DNA from: the human T2T-CHM13v2.0 reference genome, Homo sapiens
Assembly (NCBI RefSeq): GCF_009914755.1
Contig: NC_060927.1
DNA length: 64,000 bases
Reading direction: 5' to 3' (one strand)
The position numbers and the translations under genes were made by a program. Under the pieces are notes generated by a model. It had not been told where the DNA came from, did no database searches, and worked only from the letters and a program-made list of their open reading frames with translations. Below, piece by piece: positions 51,017-64,000 of the stretch. The first letter of the stretch is position 1. The number at the start of each line of letters is the position of its first letter.

Positions 51017-51990
51017 ATGTTAGTGATGTTAGTGATTTCAGAATCCAGGCCACTGATAAACCAATTGAGGTGTGGGTGACATGCAGAAGGGCCCCAGAGG
51101 TGTACTGCCCATCACATCCTTCTCCAGGGCACTGCTTGCTGAGTTCATGTCTTTGTCACTCAGCACTGCTGTGCCCACAATCTGTGGCTTCTTGGAGATT
51201 CTCTTTGTCTGTGTGGTCCTTGTCTGTGTGGGCAGCCCTGGGGGACCGCTGAGGTAACTCTTACCAGTAACTTTGACTCCAGAGTCCCCGGGGCCTGGGC
51301 TTCTGGGAAAACAAGGCTGTGTGAGTGTGAAACTCAAACTGAAAGGACTTTCTTCTTTTTTGGTTGCATTGCACTCTGAACAAAACTCACTGGCTTGTGA
51401 CGAGCAGGTGCTGTGCAAAGGGAGGCATACCTCCTGCTACTATTCCTTCTCCTGGTGAAAGGCCACGCCCCCTCACTTGGCTCTCTGGGACATTTCTTCT
51501 GTCAGGAGGCCTCTGCAGCTGGAATGTTCGTCACTCTTTGAGGTTAGGCATCTTTTCCTTTCCTTTTCCTTTGGAAATCTGTGGTCCTCCCTTTGCTGTG
51601 ACAAATTGCACGGTGTGGCCAGTCAACTCCATTCTGCCTCCTGGGAAGGCTCACGTGGCCCGGCCTCCATGAGGGCCCAGGGCCAGTGCAGGAGTCCTCG
51701 ACTTGCAATTCTGCCCTTTTCCATCCAGGCTTTGTCCAGCTCTCCGTTCTGTTCTCCCATTCGGTGTCCCCTCCAGCCCCTTAGCCCCTTTCCAGCACAT
51801 CATGCTCCTGCTTGAGGACTGAAGAGGAAAGAAAGCCCATCTGGGGAGGCAATTAGGGAAAGAGAAACAGAGGCAGAGAGAAGTAGAGACAAAAGATGAA
51901 GAGAAGGCTTCTGCCTGGGTACTGTTGCTCCTCAAGGGCCTGATTCTGGAATTTCCCAAATCCAGCTGTAATCCCATTAGTTAAAGTTAA

Positions 51991-52297
<307 letters not shown>

Positions 52298-52369
52298 AGT
52301 TAACTAATTAAATTTGCTTGCTATTTGTCATCCTCCAAAGAGTCCTAATAAATATCTCAGGCCCCTTCG

Positions 52370-52680
52370 CCCACCTTGCTAAGATTCTGTTGTGTGCACC
52401 TCCCCATTCTGAATGAAGTCTTCTCCAGGCAGAGTGAGCTGCTGCTGCCTCTCTTCCCACTGTGTTTTGTGCACAGTTCTGCTGTACATTATCCCATGTG
52501 TGGCTATGATCTAAGGAGCCATTTGCCCATTGATTTTCCCCATGACTTTGTGGCAAGGACTGAGTTTCTTTCCTGACTAGGAGCCAGGTATCTTCAGCGC
52601 AGCCTAGCACAGTGCTTGGCATATCATAGGTGCTTTATTAGTGTTCGATGAATCCATGAGCCAATGAACCAACAAAAGAA
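52370..52680 (+). mobile_element. L2 3' end
   Basis: gtatcttcagcgcagcctagcacagtgcttggc..ataggtgcttt..tgaat. Confidence 0.6.
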
Positions 52681-52849
52681 TAACATGTTAGCGCAGCAAA
52701 ATGCAAACAAGTTGTATGAAGCTGTCAAAAGTGCTTCTGGAAATTTTAATGTAATTTAAGTTTTAAGCATGCTATTTTGTGCAAGATACATTAGACTAAT
52801 AGGAATACAGCCCAGAAACACATTAAACAGGGCTTTAATCATTGTCGCT

Positions 52850-53220
52850 GTCTATTGAGAGGACTTTCCCATCTTCTTTCTCCTAGTAACAGACTCCATC
52901 CCACTGGACAAAAAGGTGAGCACGTGACCCTGTCCTGGCCAATAGGAGTGGTTGCCTGATGTGAAGGGCCAATTCCCCACAAAATGAAAAGATCAGCTTG
53001 TTGGGGGACAGAGCAGCACCCTGCCCACTGAAGCAGAGACAAGCAGAGACGCGAGACAGATGGAGAGTTGGGGGGAACCTTGTGTCCTCAAGCCGGTTCC
53101 TTTGGCTCCTCTGTCTACCCTAGGGCTGCCCTTGTGTCCGCATTGGCTTGGAGAGCCCATGTATTCTCTTTCTTGCTTAAGCCAGTTTAAGCTGGGTTTC
53201 AAAAAGAATCCTAACTAATT
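52850..53220 (+). mobile_element. Ancient MaLR/ERVL LTR (MLT1J-L-like)
   Basis: gcacgtgaccctgtcctggccaata..ttgcttaagccagtttaagctgggtttc..aagaatcctaactaat. Confidence 0.5.
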
Positions 53221-53805
53221 CAGCATTAAATCTCCTGCTGGAATCTGGACCTGATTACCAAAGCTGTCCCAAAAAGAGATGGCTTTGTAATGCCAGCCCT
53301 TTGTTCCCACCTCTGTCTGATCAAGAGTTATTTGTGGACTTTGCCTTCCTTCTGGCTGCCGCTGATGTCTGTGACCCCAGTGACCCCAAAAAAAAAACCT
53401 CCGGGCTAGGTTTAAACATGGCCTTTATTAATCTCCTAGATGTGTGAGAAAATGAAAAAAGCAAGGTACAGTGTATAATCAGTAATGATTGATGTGCTGA
53501 AATAGGGTAGACATGGCCATAAAATGCATATACAAGCATGTAAGAATGGCAGCACCACTTGAGTGCTTGAATGTAACTCCTGTAGGGCAGCATTCTCAAC
53601 TTTTCCACTTACTGCTCTATCCCCAGTGCCTCGAACAGGCACTCAATAAGTATTTATTGAATGAGTCCATGGAACCGAATGAAAGGAATATCCTTGAAGA
53701 AACACATGAGAAAATGGCATTCCTGAGCACCTGTTAGGGGGCAGGCAGGATGAGGGGTAGAAGAGGGATGAGAAGGAGACTGAGTACCATTCTATATTGT
53801 GTGCA

Positions 53806-54104
<299 letters not shown>

Positions 54105-54153
54105 TTGTGTGCATTTTCTATACAGGTATCCTACCTTAAAAAAAAGAAAATAA

Positions 54154-54657
<504 letters not shown>

Positions 54658-55299
54658 TTACAACAGAAGGGGAAGGGCTGGACACAGGACTAGTAGTACC
54701 TGCTCCCTCACCTTCGAAGAAGTGAAGTGAAGCCTTCCCTTTACACAGCATCCCTGCCAAGCTAATCTGCTTCTGGTTGTAAATATGGCAAACCTGGAGT
54801 ATTTTCTTTCCATAAATAAATAAGGCTCCCACAAACAGCACAGCTCATTTGCTTTAAACACTGGAGCAACAGGTTTTCCTTCTGATAGCCTCTTGATACC
54901 CTGTCAACCTCATGGGATGTCGTTTCTGCTTTTTATGTTTGCTGATTTCACTGACACCTTTTGAAAAAGGTAGGCAGGCTTAGAAAAGAAAAGACCCTAT
55001 GCATTTCATTTGGGCCAATTCTTTTACAATAAACATTCTTCTATTTCCAGAAGTACTACCAAATGTCCAATTTCAGTGCCGTCTTCAAAATAATGGGTAG
55101 CATATGAAAAAGAGAGATTTTGTACTTTTTGCCAGGAATTTTACATAACATATCTCATTTATATCCCGTAATAACTTCAGGCAGGAGATGGGACCACCCC
55201 ATTTTGTAGAAACGGGGGCTCAGAGAGGCAGGTGGACAGCAGGGATTCCCACCAGACCTGTCTCTAAAAAGCACACTCCTTCCGCTCTGCCCCACCACC

Positions 55300-55450
55300 T
55301 CCCTCCATTTGCATAGCACTTGCAGTTTACAAGGCAGCTCATCTAAACTATCTAATTTAATCCTCACAACTCTAAAATCTAGGAATTATTTTAATTCTCA
55401 TTTTACAGAAGGGGAAAATTGAGGCTCTGAGATCGGAGCACAGAGTCAGC
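55300..55450 (-). mobile_element. MIR
   Basis: tttaatcctcacaactct..cattttacagaaggggaaaattgaggctctgaga. Confidence 0.75.
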
Positions 55451-56366
55451 ATGACATAAGAGAGAAAGAGAACTGGTCTGTGCAGTGTTTGGGGGGCAAG
55501 GGTGGAGGGGGGTAGAGCCTGTGTCCTACTCCTGGCTTTGCACTTTGAACTTTGTGGTCAGTCATGCATTCTCTCTAGCCGTTTCCTATCTCCAAGGCAG
55601 GTCGATGGACGAGATGGTCTCATGTGCCCAGCAGCTCAAATAGTCAATGATCCTAGCAAATCTCTTGGTGTTCCTTGTAACCAGATTAGAACTTTAGTTA
55701 CAAGGGGGAGCCCATGGAAACTTATGTATATAACCAGTTCCGGTGGGATATTTGCATTTGTTCCTACACTGAAGTTCACATTTCTAAGTTTCTACAGTTA
55801 CAGTGTCTTAATCATAATGACACTGCTTCTAGAGTGCTAGTAAGATTCCTGTTGGAGCCAAATTGCTAATAGCACCCTGGGGATTTTGCAACTCTTGCTG
55901 TCATCCGCCTTTGGTGATTTTTTGAAAATCACATTTAAGTGTATTAAAATATCAGCTTTTTATTTAAAAAGAGGGAGCTCGATGCCAGTATCTGTACAAA
56001 TGCAGAAAATGAAACTCTGTCCACCAGAAATAAGCCAGCCACATGGGTACCAACTCTACCGAGCTGACGGATACATCTGAAGAACCCAGCTCTGCCTGGC
56101 TGCCCGCAGCGGTGGGGGGGTTCCCTTTGCTAGTGGGAGTTGCCAGCAGCGTTGGCAGGCAAGTGTTGAATTAAAGCAGCAGCTGGAACCAGATATAGGT
56201 GGAAGCACATGACCCCCATCTGTGGCACAAAACTGGAGAGAAAAGCAAAAGAGTCACACAGGGTAAGGCAGTGGGGGCAAAATGGGCAGAACTTGTTTGA
56301 ATCTGGGCTCTGTCACTTGTGACTTGTGATACTGGGCCATTACTTCATCTCTCTGAGCTTACAGGA

Positions 56367-56715
56367 TGTGTTAGGCTGTGTTCCACTAAAACCAAAAACA
56401 AGGATTTGAGTAGAGGTAAGGTATTTGGGAGGTGACCCCAGGAAGCCCTGGTCAGAGAGTGGGAAAGTGAGACAGGAATGAGAAGAAAACCAGTGAAAGT
56501 TTGTCACGGAGCAGGTGACAAGTCTGTGGAGCTCAGCTCCACTGTGGATCTCTGGGAGACAGTGTGGAACATGCCTCAGGGTTGCCCCACCTGAGGGGTG
56601 AAGAAATGGGCATATTATCTTCCAACTTCCACCCATCATTGGTCAGGAATGATCCCAGAAGCATTAACTTCCCAGCATTTCTGGCCATCCCCATGCATTG
56701 GCTGAGAATTGCTGC
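56367..56715 (-). mobile_element. LTR16C-like ERVL LTR
   Basis: acaaggatttgagt..tatttgggaggtgaccccaggaagc..gggaaagtgagacagg. Confidence 0.7.
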
Positions 56716-56743
56716 AAAAATTGAATGGGCTTATGAGTCTTGA

Positions 56744-56925
56744 CAAAAGGAAACAATCAAGAAAGTAAAGAGACAACCCACAGAATGGGAGAATATATTT
56801 GCAAACTACCCATCTGACAAGGGATTAATAACCAGAATATATAAGGAACTCAACTCAATAGGAAAAAAAAAATCTAATAATCTGAATTTAAAGTGGGCAA
56901 ATGATCTGAGTTCACATTTCAAAAG
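56744..56925 (+). mobile_element. Isolated internal L1 ORF2 fragment
   Basis: caaaggaaacaatcaa..cagaatgggagaatatatttgcaaactacccatctgacaagggattaataaccagaatatataagga; same segment as 11570-11740. Confidence 0.88.
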
Positions 56926-58023
56926 GCTCACCTAGCCTTGAGTCCAGAAACCAGCTTCGGTCAGCACAGTGAAGATGGGTGGGTGCATCCAAGTTTGTAA
57001 CTTACAAAGAGGAATAACTATCATAGGAAATGAACCCTTATGACTAATAGCAGTCACATTACTTGAAAGCCAAGTCAGAATCAGAGGTTTGCCTGAGAAA
57101 CATGGAGCAGGATGAGGGATATTAGAGGACTCAAGTGTCTGACAGCTAGAAGCTTGAGTCCATCAGCAGTAGGTGAGTGTCCTGCTTGCTCCTGCCCAAG
57201 GGACAGCGACATCTAAAGGCACTAGCCAAGGCTTCCTCTTTCAGGAACAACACCTGGACATACCCACCTACTCATCCAACCTTGGTCCCCAGGACTCAAC
57301 TTTTCTTATATTCTGTGGCTGGCCATGCCCCTTCTGTTTTTTGACTTGTTTCTGCATATAAGACATTTTTTGCTTCCAATCAGGATACAGTAAAACTGGA
57401 AGGATGGGGAGCCTATCTGTCTTATTAAGATGACTTTGAGGATCTCTGCTATATCCTTGATAAGGATACTTGATAACTTTAGGTCTTCAAGAGGACTCTT
57501 GTTTCTTTAAATTCCTAATGTATCAGTACTGGCAACAGTACACAAATAACCTGACACATAGTAAGTGCATGATAAATGCCCATTTAACAACAAACATTTA
57601 CCCCGGTGATATGTGGGCAAAAGACACAGTCCTTGACCTCAAGGAGCTCACAATCTAAAGGAGATGAGAAACAACTACTCTGGATACTATGGACTGAGAA
57701 GCGGTGAAGCTGGAGTGTCACAGGAGCACTGAAGAGAGGTATGTTGTCAGAGAAGCCCCTGAGGGGACATCTAAGCTGTTAAAAATGATAAGGAGAAGAC
57801 TCACAGAAAAAAAAAAAATGTAGGGAGGGTTATTCCCAGTGGAAAACAGCATGACACCCTTGGAAAATTATGTGATTCACTGCAAGTATATTCGATCGGA
57901 GGTGGGAGTCAGGGTACTGGGGGAGTGGAGAGCTATGAACCTTTGTGCCAGGTGGAATTAAGGGGCCCCTCTGCAGGCCTTAGGCTTTCCCAAGCCCCTT
58001 CCTCCAGCGGCGCTGCAGCCCCT

Positions 58024-58378
58024 TGCATTAGTCTGTTTTCATGCTGCTGATAATGACATACCCTAGACTGGGCAATTTACAAAAGAAAGAGGTTTAACTG
58101 GAATTACAGTTCCATGTGGCTGGGGAAGCCTCACAATCATGGCAGAAGGCAAGGAGGAGCAAGTCATGCCTTACATGGATGGCACCAAGCAAAGAAAGAG
58201 AGCTTGTGCAGGAAAACTCTCCCTTATAATAACCATCAGATCTCACAAGACTTACTATCACGAGAACAGCCTGGGAAAGACCCACCCCCATGATTCAATT
58301 AACCTCCCACCGGGTCCCTCCCACAACACATGGGAATTCAAGATGAGATTTGGGTGGGGACACAGCCAAACCATATCA
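58024..58378 (-). mobile_element. THE1B solo LTR (MaLR)
   Basis: Minus strand starts TGATATGGTTTGGCTGTGTCCCCACCC; perfect TSD cccct. Confidence 0.95.
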
Positions 58379-58419
58379 CCCCTCATGCCTGCTGGATGCC
58401 TCTGTGTACTGTGTCATGA

Positions 58420-59100
58420 AGTACATATGTCATGGTCCAGGAAGTTGGGATTTTGTTTGGCAAACACTTGGAACCCAGAGGATTAGAAGGGTTTAAATTA
58501 AGGATTTGACACACTCATGACTGTGTTGTAGAAAGAATGCTCTGAAGGCAGTGAGGTTCTTGATTTTTGAGGAGTGACAGAGAAGGCTGTGAGACCTGTG
58601 GGAGGACACACCAAGTACGTGTGCAGAGGCACAAGGCAGAGAGGCAGAGGATGGAGGATGGCTTTGAGAAATCCACAGAGGGTGGATTGGACAGGATTTT
58701 CTAACCAGCTGGATATGAGAGAAGAGAGGATAAGGACAGGATGATGGCTGGATCTTGAAGCTAAGAGAGAATGAGTCAGGAGAGGTAGATTTGGAAGTCA
58801 TATGTAGGAAGAGAGGAAAGCTAAATCCATGAGAGAGTCAAGCGTGAAGAGGACCAAGAACAAAATGTCAGGGAACCCTGATATATTCAAGACAGGAAGA
58901 AATGTGCTGCAGTGGGGAGGAAGCTGAACAAACGTCTTTCTTTTCTCTACTAAGTAGAAGGTGGAGGTATCTGTGGAGGCCAGGCCATGTGATGGGGGGG
59001 ACTTGGGGAGAGTGAGGAGGAAGCAGCTGCTGCTGAGAGTGGGTGAGGAAGCTGACTGGGGACATAGAGGAGGACTGCCAAGCACGGGTTGTTTTCTCCT
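58420..59100 (-). mobile_element. L2 fragments
   Basis: ggaagttgggattttgttt..gaagggtttaaattaagg; gacaggattttctaaccagctggatatgaga. Confidence 0.55.
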
Positions 59101-59314
59101 GCCCTGACAGCTGCTGTCAGTCAGGGGACCAGATGGAATAATGAGGTAAGATTCTCCCAGCACAGAAGCTACACCCTGGGAGCAAAGCAGGTACTTCTAG
59201 TAAAGAATTTATTCCTCTGAACCACCAGAGGGCCACTGGTGCCTGATGGAGTAATTTGGTTACAGGAGTGTAGGAAGAAACTGTGAGATGTCCTCCCCAG
59301 TTACGGCCAGGAAC

Positions 59315-59408
59315 AGGTCCTCCCTAACATTTGCAGACCTGGAGCAAGAATACAAACGGACGCCCACATACGCGACGTCTAAACATTTAGAATCTGTAAA
59401 TTAAGCTA
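59315..59408 (+). mobile_element. hAT-Tip100 end fragment (FordPrefect-like)
   Basis: caggtcctccctaacatttgcagacctggagcaagaatacaaacggacgcccacatac..tctaaacatttag resembles a remembered consensus end. Confidence 0.45.
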
Positions 59409-59804
59409 TTCCTAGTGCCAGTCTGCATTCCTAGCTTGCAACCCAGAGGCAAAAGGAGCCAAGCCCTCCCCTAGGCCACCCCTGCTAACTGTGAACCTGG
59501 GAGTAGCTCAGATCTGCTGGGACAAGATGGCGCTAAAGCCGGACGTGGATTCCAGGACTCCCAGCTGATGACCTTCTGAACCCAGGATAGAAACTAACAC
59601 AATCAAGATCCCCAGGAAGCCAAGGCAAATAGGTTTCACTTGTCATTTTCTCAACTCAGGATTTCCAGGTATTTCTAAGGACCTGCCAAAACTCCATCAC
59701 TGGAGCAGAGAGAGGGGAAAGAGCACAGTTATCTTGGGGAAACTAGCCTGGCTATACACCCACTTTGGGTGGTTTGAAGCAACTATAAACCATAGTAGCC
59801 TTTC

Positions 59805-60510
<706 letters not shown>

Positions 60511-61241
60511 ACCCCTCAAATAAGTAATTAGTAAGCAATTGATCAATCAATCAGACCCTCTTTCTCTAGTTTCCCAGAGAAGAGGCTGTGATTTTCTCCT
60601 TTCACCCACCTCCCTACTTGAGCATTCAGATCCGTATCCCCTAGTCTACAGAGTGTATTCCAGCCCATTGCCCTCTCCCATAATTTCCCTTCGCCCAACT
60701 GGTTACCAAACCAGACAGAGAGAGACAGAAAGATTTAGACAGGAAAGACAGAAAGTGTTTTTTTATTGTAGATTTTGAGATATGTAGGAACCTCCCCAAG
60801 GCAGAGAAGGGCTCCTCTTCCCAGGGCCTAAGGACAGTGTGAGAATGTCACTGCCTGAGAGAATCTGCTTTGATAAATCTAGGCATAGGTCAACTTTTAA
60901 CATCCTATGGATTTTTCTCTCATTTAACACACAACTATTTGATAACAGACATTCTATGAACACTGAATTTTTGTTGAAATTTTGAGTGTACATTTTAAAA
61001 ACAGTCCCATGGTCATTTAAAAGTGAATATTTTCCCCTAATCTACTGGTTGTGCAAATTTGAAATTTTTCCTGATTAGATTTGCTTAAAAGGAAAGGTGC
61101 CTGAAGAGTATGCCCCGAACCTCCATTGTGCTCTGCAGATCTGCCAAATTCATCCTTCCACTATGGCAGGACCCAGACAGAAACCAGAGAAATGGAGGGC
61201 AGGAGGGCAAAAGATCAGCAAAACCATGGATAAATACATTT

Positions 61242-61641
61242 ATTATTTTTTTAATCTAACTTTAAGTTCTGGGATACATATGCAGAACATGCAGATTTGT
61301 TACATAGGTATACATGTGCCATGGTGGTTTGCTGCACCCATCAACCTGTCATCTAGGTTTTAGGCCTCATATGCATTAGGTATTTATCCTAATGCTCTCC
61401 CTCTGCTTGCCCCCCACTCCACGACAGGCCCCAGTGTGTGATGTTCCCCTCCATGTGTTCATGTGTTCTCATTGTTCAACTCCCACTTATGAGTGAGAAC
61501 AGGTGGTGTTTGGTTTTCTGTTTCTGTGTTAGTTTGCTGAGAATGATGGCTTCCGGCTGCATCCGTGTCCCTGCAAAGGACATGAACTCATTCTTTTTTA
61601 TGGCTGCATAGTATTCCATGGAGTATATGTGGCACATTTTC
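61242..61641 (-). mobile_element. 5'-truncated L1PA (L1PA8-like), 3' UTR only
   Basis: ttaagttctgggatacat..ggtggtttgctgcacccatcaacc; perfect 15-bp TSD tggataaatacattt. Confidence 0.95.
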
Positions 61642-61929
61642 TGGATAAATACATTTCTATTTGTCTTCCAGGTGCATACTCATAGACATTCACACTTTCC
61701 CCCAACTCTAGCACTCCACTTCCCACTTGTATTTCACTAACATTACTTGAAACCATAGGGTCCACTGAAAGCATGCCTTAAACTTGTGTGAGGAAAATGG
61801 CTTTCTTGAAATTGTCACATCACAGAGAAGACTTTTGGCATGAACCCCCATCACACCAACAGGCTGGTCTTAAATATGGGGGTCTAGAAAGTCTGTAATC
61901 CACCTGAAAGTCACAGAGCCTTTTCTGTG

Positions 61930-62070
61930 ATTCAATTTATTCATGAGTAAGATGGGAATAATGATAATTATCTCCTGTTTCTCACATAATCATGGTGAGG
62001 GTCAAATGAGGTATCGTATGTCAAAGAGCCTTACAAACTCTGAAATAGTATGTGCAAATATGAGCTGCTG
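61930..62070 (+). mobile_element. MIR fragment
   Basis: gtaagatgggaataatgataa..ggtgagggtcaaatgaggta..tatgtcaaagagcctt. Confidence 0.6.
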
Positions 62071-62989
62071 CTAAGTGGCTGCAAGACACAGTGAGTGTGG
62101 CAGGTAAATGTGACTCCCTCACAACTGCTAGCACCTCTGGCCTTTAGGGAGGCCCCAAAAGCTTATGAGTGGTTCTAATTTATAACTAACTTGCAGGTAA
62201 CCCTCTTCCCCCTTCTTTCATCCTTTCCTCTCCCCCTGCTCACAGAAACAGTCTAAAGATTCATCTTTCTGTCCTGAGTGCTGGATCCTGGAGTACTAGC
62301 CTAGCCAGGGTCACCAGGTTCACTGTGAGCTCAAGCAAACCATCCAGTGTGTACCCAGAAATTGTGGAGGTCAGCACTACAGCCAGGCCCCACCATTGTT
62401 CTGGCCCCACGGTTCAATGGACAGGCTAATGTGGCCTGTTCAGGGGGGTGGGGGCATGAACAATAGGAATAAATCTCTGCCTGCTGTGTCCCAGAAGGCA
62501 AAGTGCTGGCAGTATTTCCCCTGAAAGCTAATCAATTCCAGAACCACTCAACCAGGGTCCTGAGACTCACAAAGGGGCACACTGGTGCTGGGGAAACAGG
62601 ACCAAAGTGAAAGGAAATGAGATCATTTAGGTGAGATAAGACCAAGTGGGCAGCACAGGCCTGGCAGAAATAGAGTGAGGAGATTAACTTCCCCTTTCTG
62701 TGCAATCAGCTACCCCCCTCAGCTGCACAGAGCTCTCTGGCTCTCCTGTACTCCCTACCACTACCTCCCCTCCCCTCCCCTCCCCAACCTCCTCCCCTCC
62801 ACTTACTCCCAGAAATGATCTCATAAAATCATTGATTATTAACGCAGAGAGGGGTTGGAGAAACAAACAGCCCTCTAGTTCCCAATCTGTTTACCACAAG
62901 GGACTCCTCTTAGGTCTCCTCCTTCCAGAGATTCCATATTTTAAAACAGCTGCCTTTATTCAGGACCTGCTCCTTTGGGTCATTCACCG

Positions 62990-63160
62990 GGCTAAGGACT
63001 TTTCTCTTATTATCTCATCTAACGCTGCAAAGTAGTTATAACTACCTCTATTTTACATATGAGAAATCTAAGACTAAGAGAAGTATGTTTGCCCAAATCC
63101 TGCAACTAGAAAGTGGGAGAGGTAGAATTCGACCTAGGTCTGTATTGTCTTTAAGGCCCT
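62990..63160 (-). mobile_element. MIR
   Basis: tattttacatatgagaaatctaagactaagagaagt..tttgcccaa. Confidence 0.65.
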
Positions 63161-63190
63161 GCAGGCTTCCAGCATTTAATAAATAGCTCA

Positions 63191-63922
63191 GGTGCCCAGC
63201 AATTATACTTCTAGGTATATACCCAAGATAAATGAAAATACATCTCCACATAAAAACTTATACACAGTCCGGGCACAGTGGCTCATACCTGTAATCCCAG
63301 CACTTTGGGAGGCCAAGGCAGGAGGATTGCTTGAGGCCAGGATTTCAAGGCTGCAGGGTGCCATGATCATGCCACTGCACTCCAGCCTGGGCAAAAGAGT
63401 GGGACCCTGTCTCTGTTTAAAAAAAAAAAAAAACAAAATAGCCAAAAGGTGAAAACAGCACAAATGTCTATCTACTGATAAATGGATAAACAAAATGTGG
63501 AATTTCCATACAATGGAATATTATTTGGTCACAAAAAGAAATGAAGCAACAACATAGGCCACAATATCTGTGAACCTTGAAAACATTTTGCTAAGTGAAA
63601 GCAGCCAGTCACAAAAGACCACGTGTTTTATCATTTCATTGACATAAAAGGTCCAGAATAGGCAAATACATACATACAGAAAATAGACTCGGACATCTAC
63701 AGAAAGTAGTTCTTCAGGACTGAGGGGCTGGGGAGATAGATAAGGCAGTGATCCCTAAAGGGTACTGGGTTTCTTTTTGAGGTGAGGAATATGTTTTAAA
63801 ATTGCCTGTGGTCATGATTGCATACAGACAACGGTAAGGATACTAAAAACCACTGTATTGTATGCTTTAAACAGGTGGATTTACGACATGTGAATTACAT
63901 CTCAATAAAGTTATTTAAAAAG
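63191..63922 (+). mobile_element. 5'-truncated L1MB-type element
   Basis: cccagcaattatacttctaggtatatacccaaga..gtgaattacatctcaataaag; TSD aaatagctca at 63181-63190 and 63923-63932. Confidence 0.9.
63267..63437 (+). mobile_element. Monomer-length Alu (left-arm start joined to right-arm end; AluJ/FRAM-like)
   Basis: tggctcatacctgtaatcccagcactttgggagg..ttcaaggctgcag..gccactgcactccagcctggg..poly(A). Confidence 0.88.
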
Positions 63923-64000
63923 AAATAGCTCATTCTATGATAGACAAGTTACCATGGTTCCGTCTTGAAAGTTGAGAAGCAGAAGTTGCACGGTACAGTG

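Noticed and set aside
51041-51253. Possible exon (ttcAG acceptor ... GAG|GTAACT donor); also isolated donors at 57173 and 59146
   Set aside because: Poor polypyrimidine tract, no recognisable coding product and no consistent exon chain.
58116-58128. PRDM9 hotspot motif position within THE1B
   Set aside because: The minus strand reads CTTCCCCAGCCAC, two mismatches to CCNCCNTNNCCNC, so it is the non-hotspot form.

Overview
Primate (almost certainly human) non-coding genomic DNA, either intergenic or deep intronic, and dense in repeats. I can support no protein-coding gene, RNA gene or CRISPR array; the recognisable ORFs in the track are translations of Alu, L1, LTR or simple-repeat sequence. 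The window holds about 24 Alus (J, S and Y, including a pristine 5'-truncated AluYa5-type copy), several L1s, and solo LTRs (MST, MLT1, MER41B, LTR32, THE1B, LTR16). It also has a ~9.7 kb nested MER31-type provirus, a MER45R-like hAT transposon fossil with readable transposase remnants, and many MIR/L2/L3/MER5 relics. I found no evidence of a new biological system. The best leads are a possibly polymorphic young Alu, a chimeric Alu suggesting a recombination deletion, several template-switch hairpin scars, an inverted Alu pair, and candidate regulatory elements (RFX/NF-kB cluster, MER41B GAS site, NF-kB/SOX cluster, CTCF-like sites). Subfamily names come from remembered consensus sequences and need RepeatMasker/Dfam confirmation; boundaries of old repeats are approximate.
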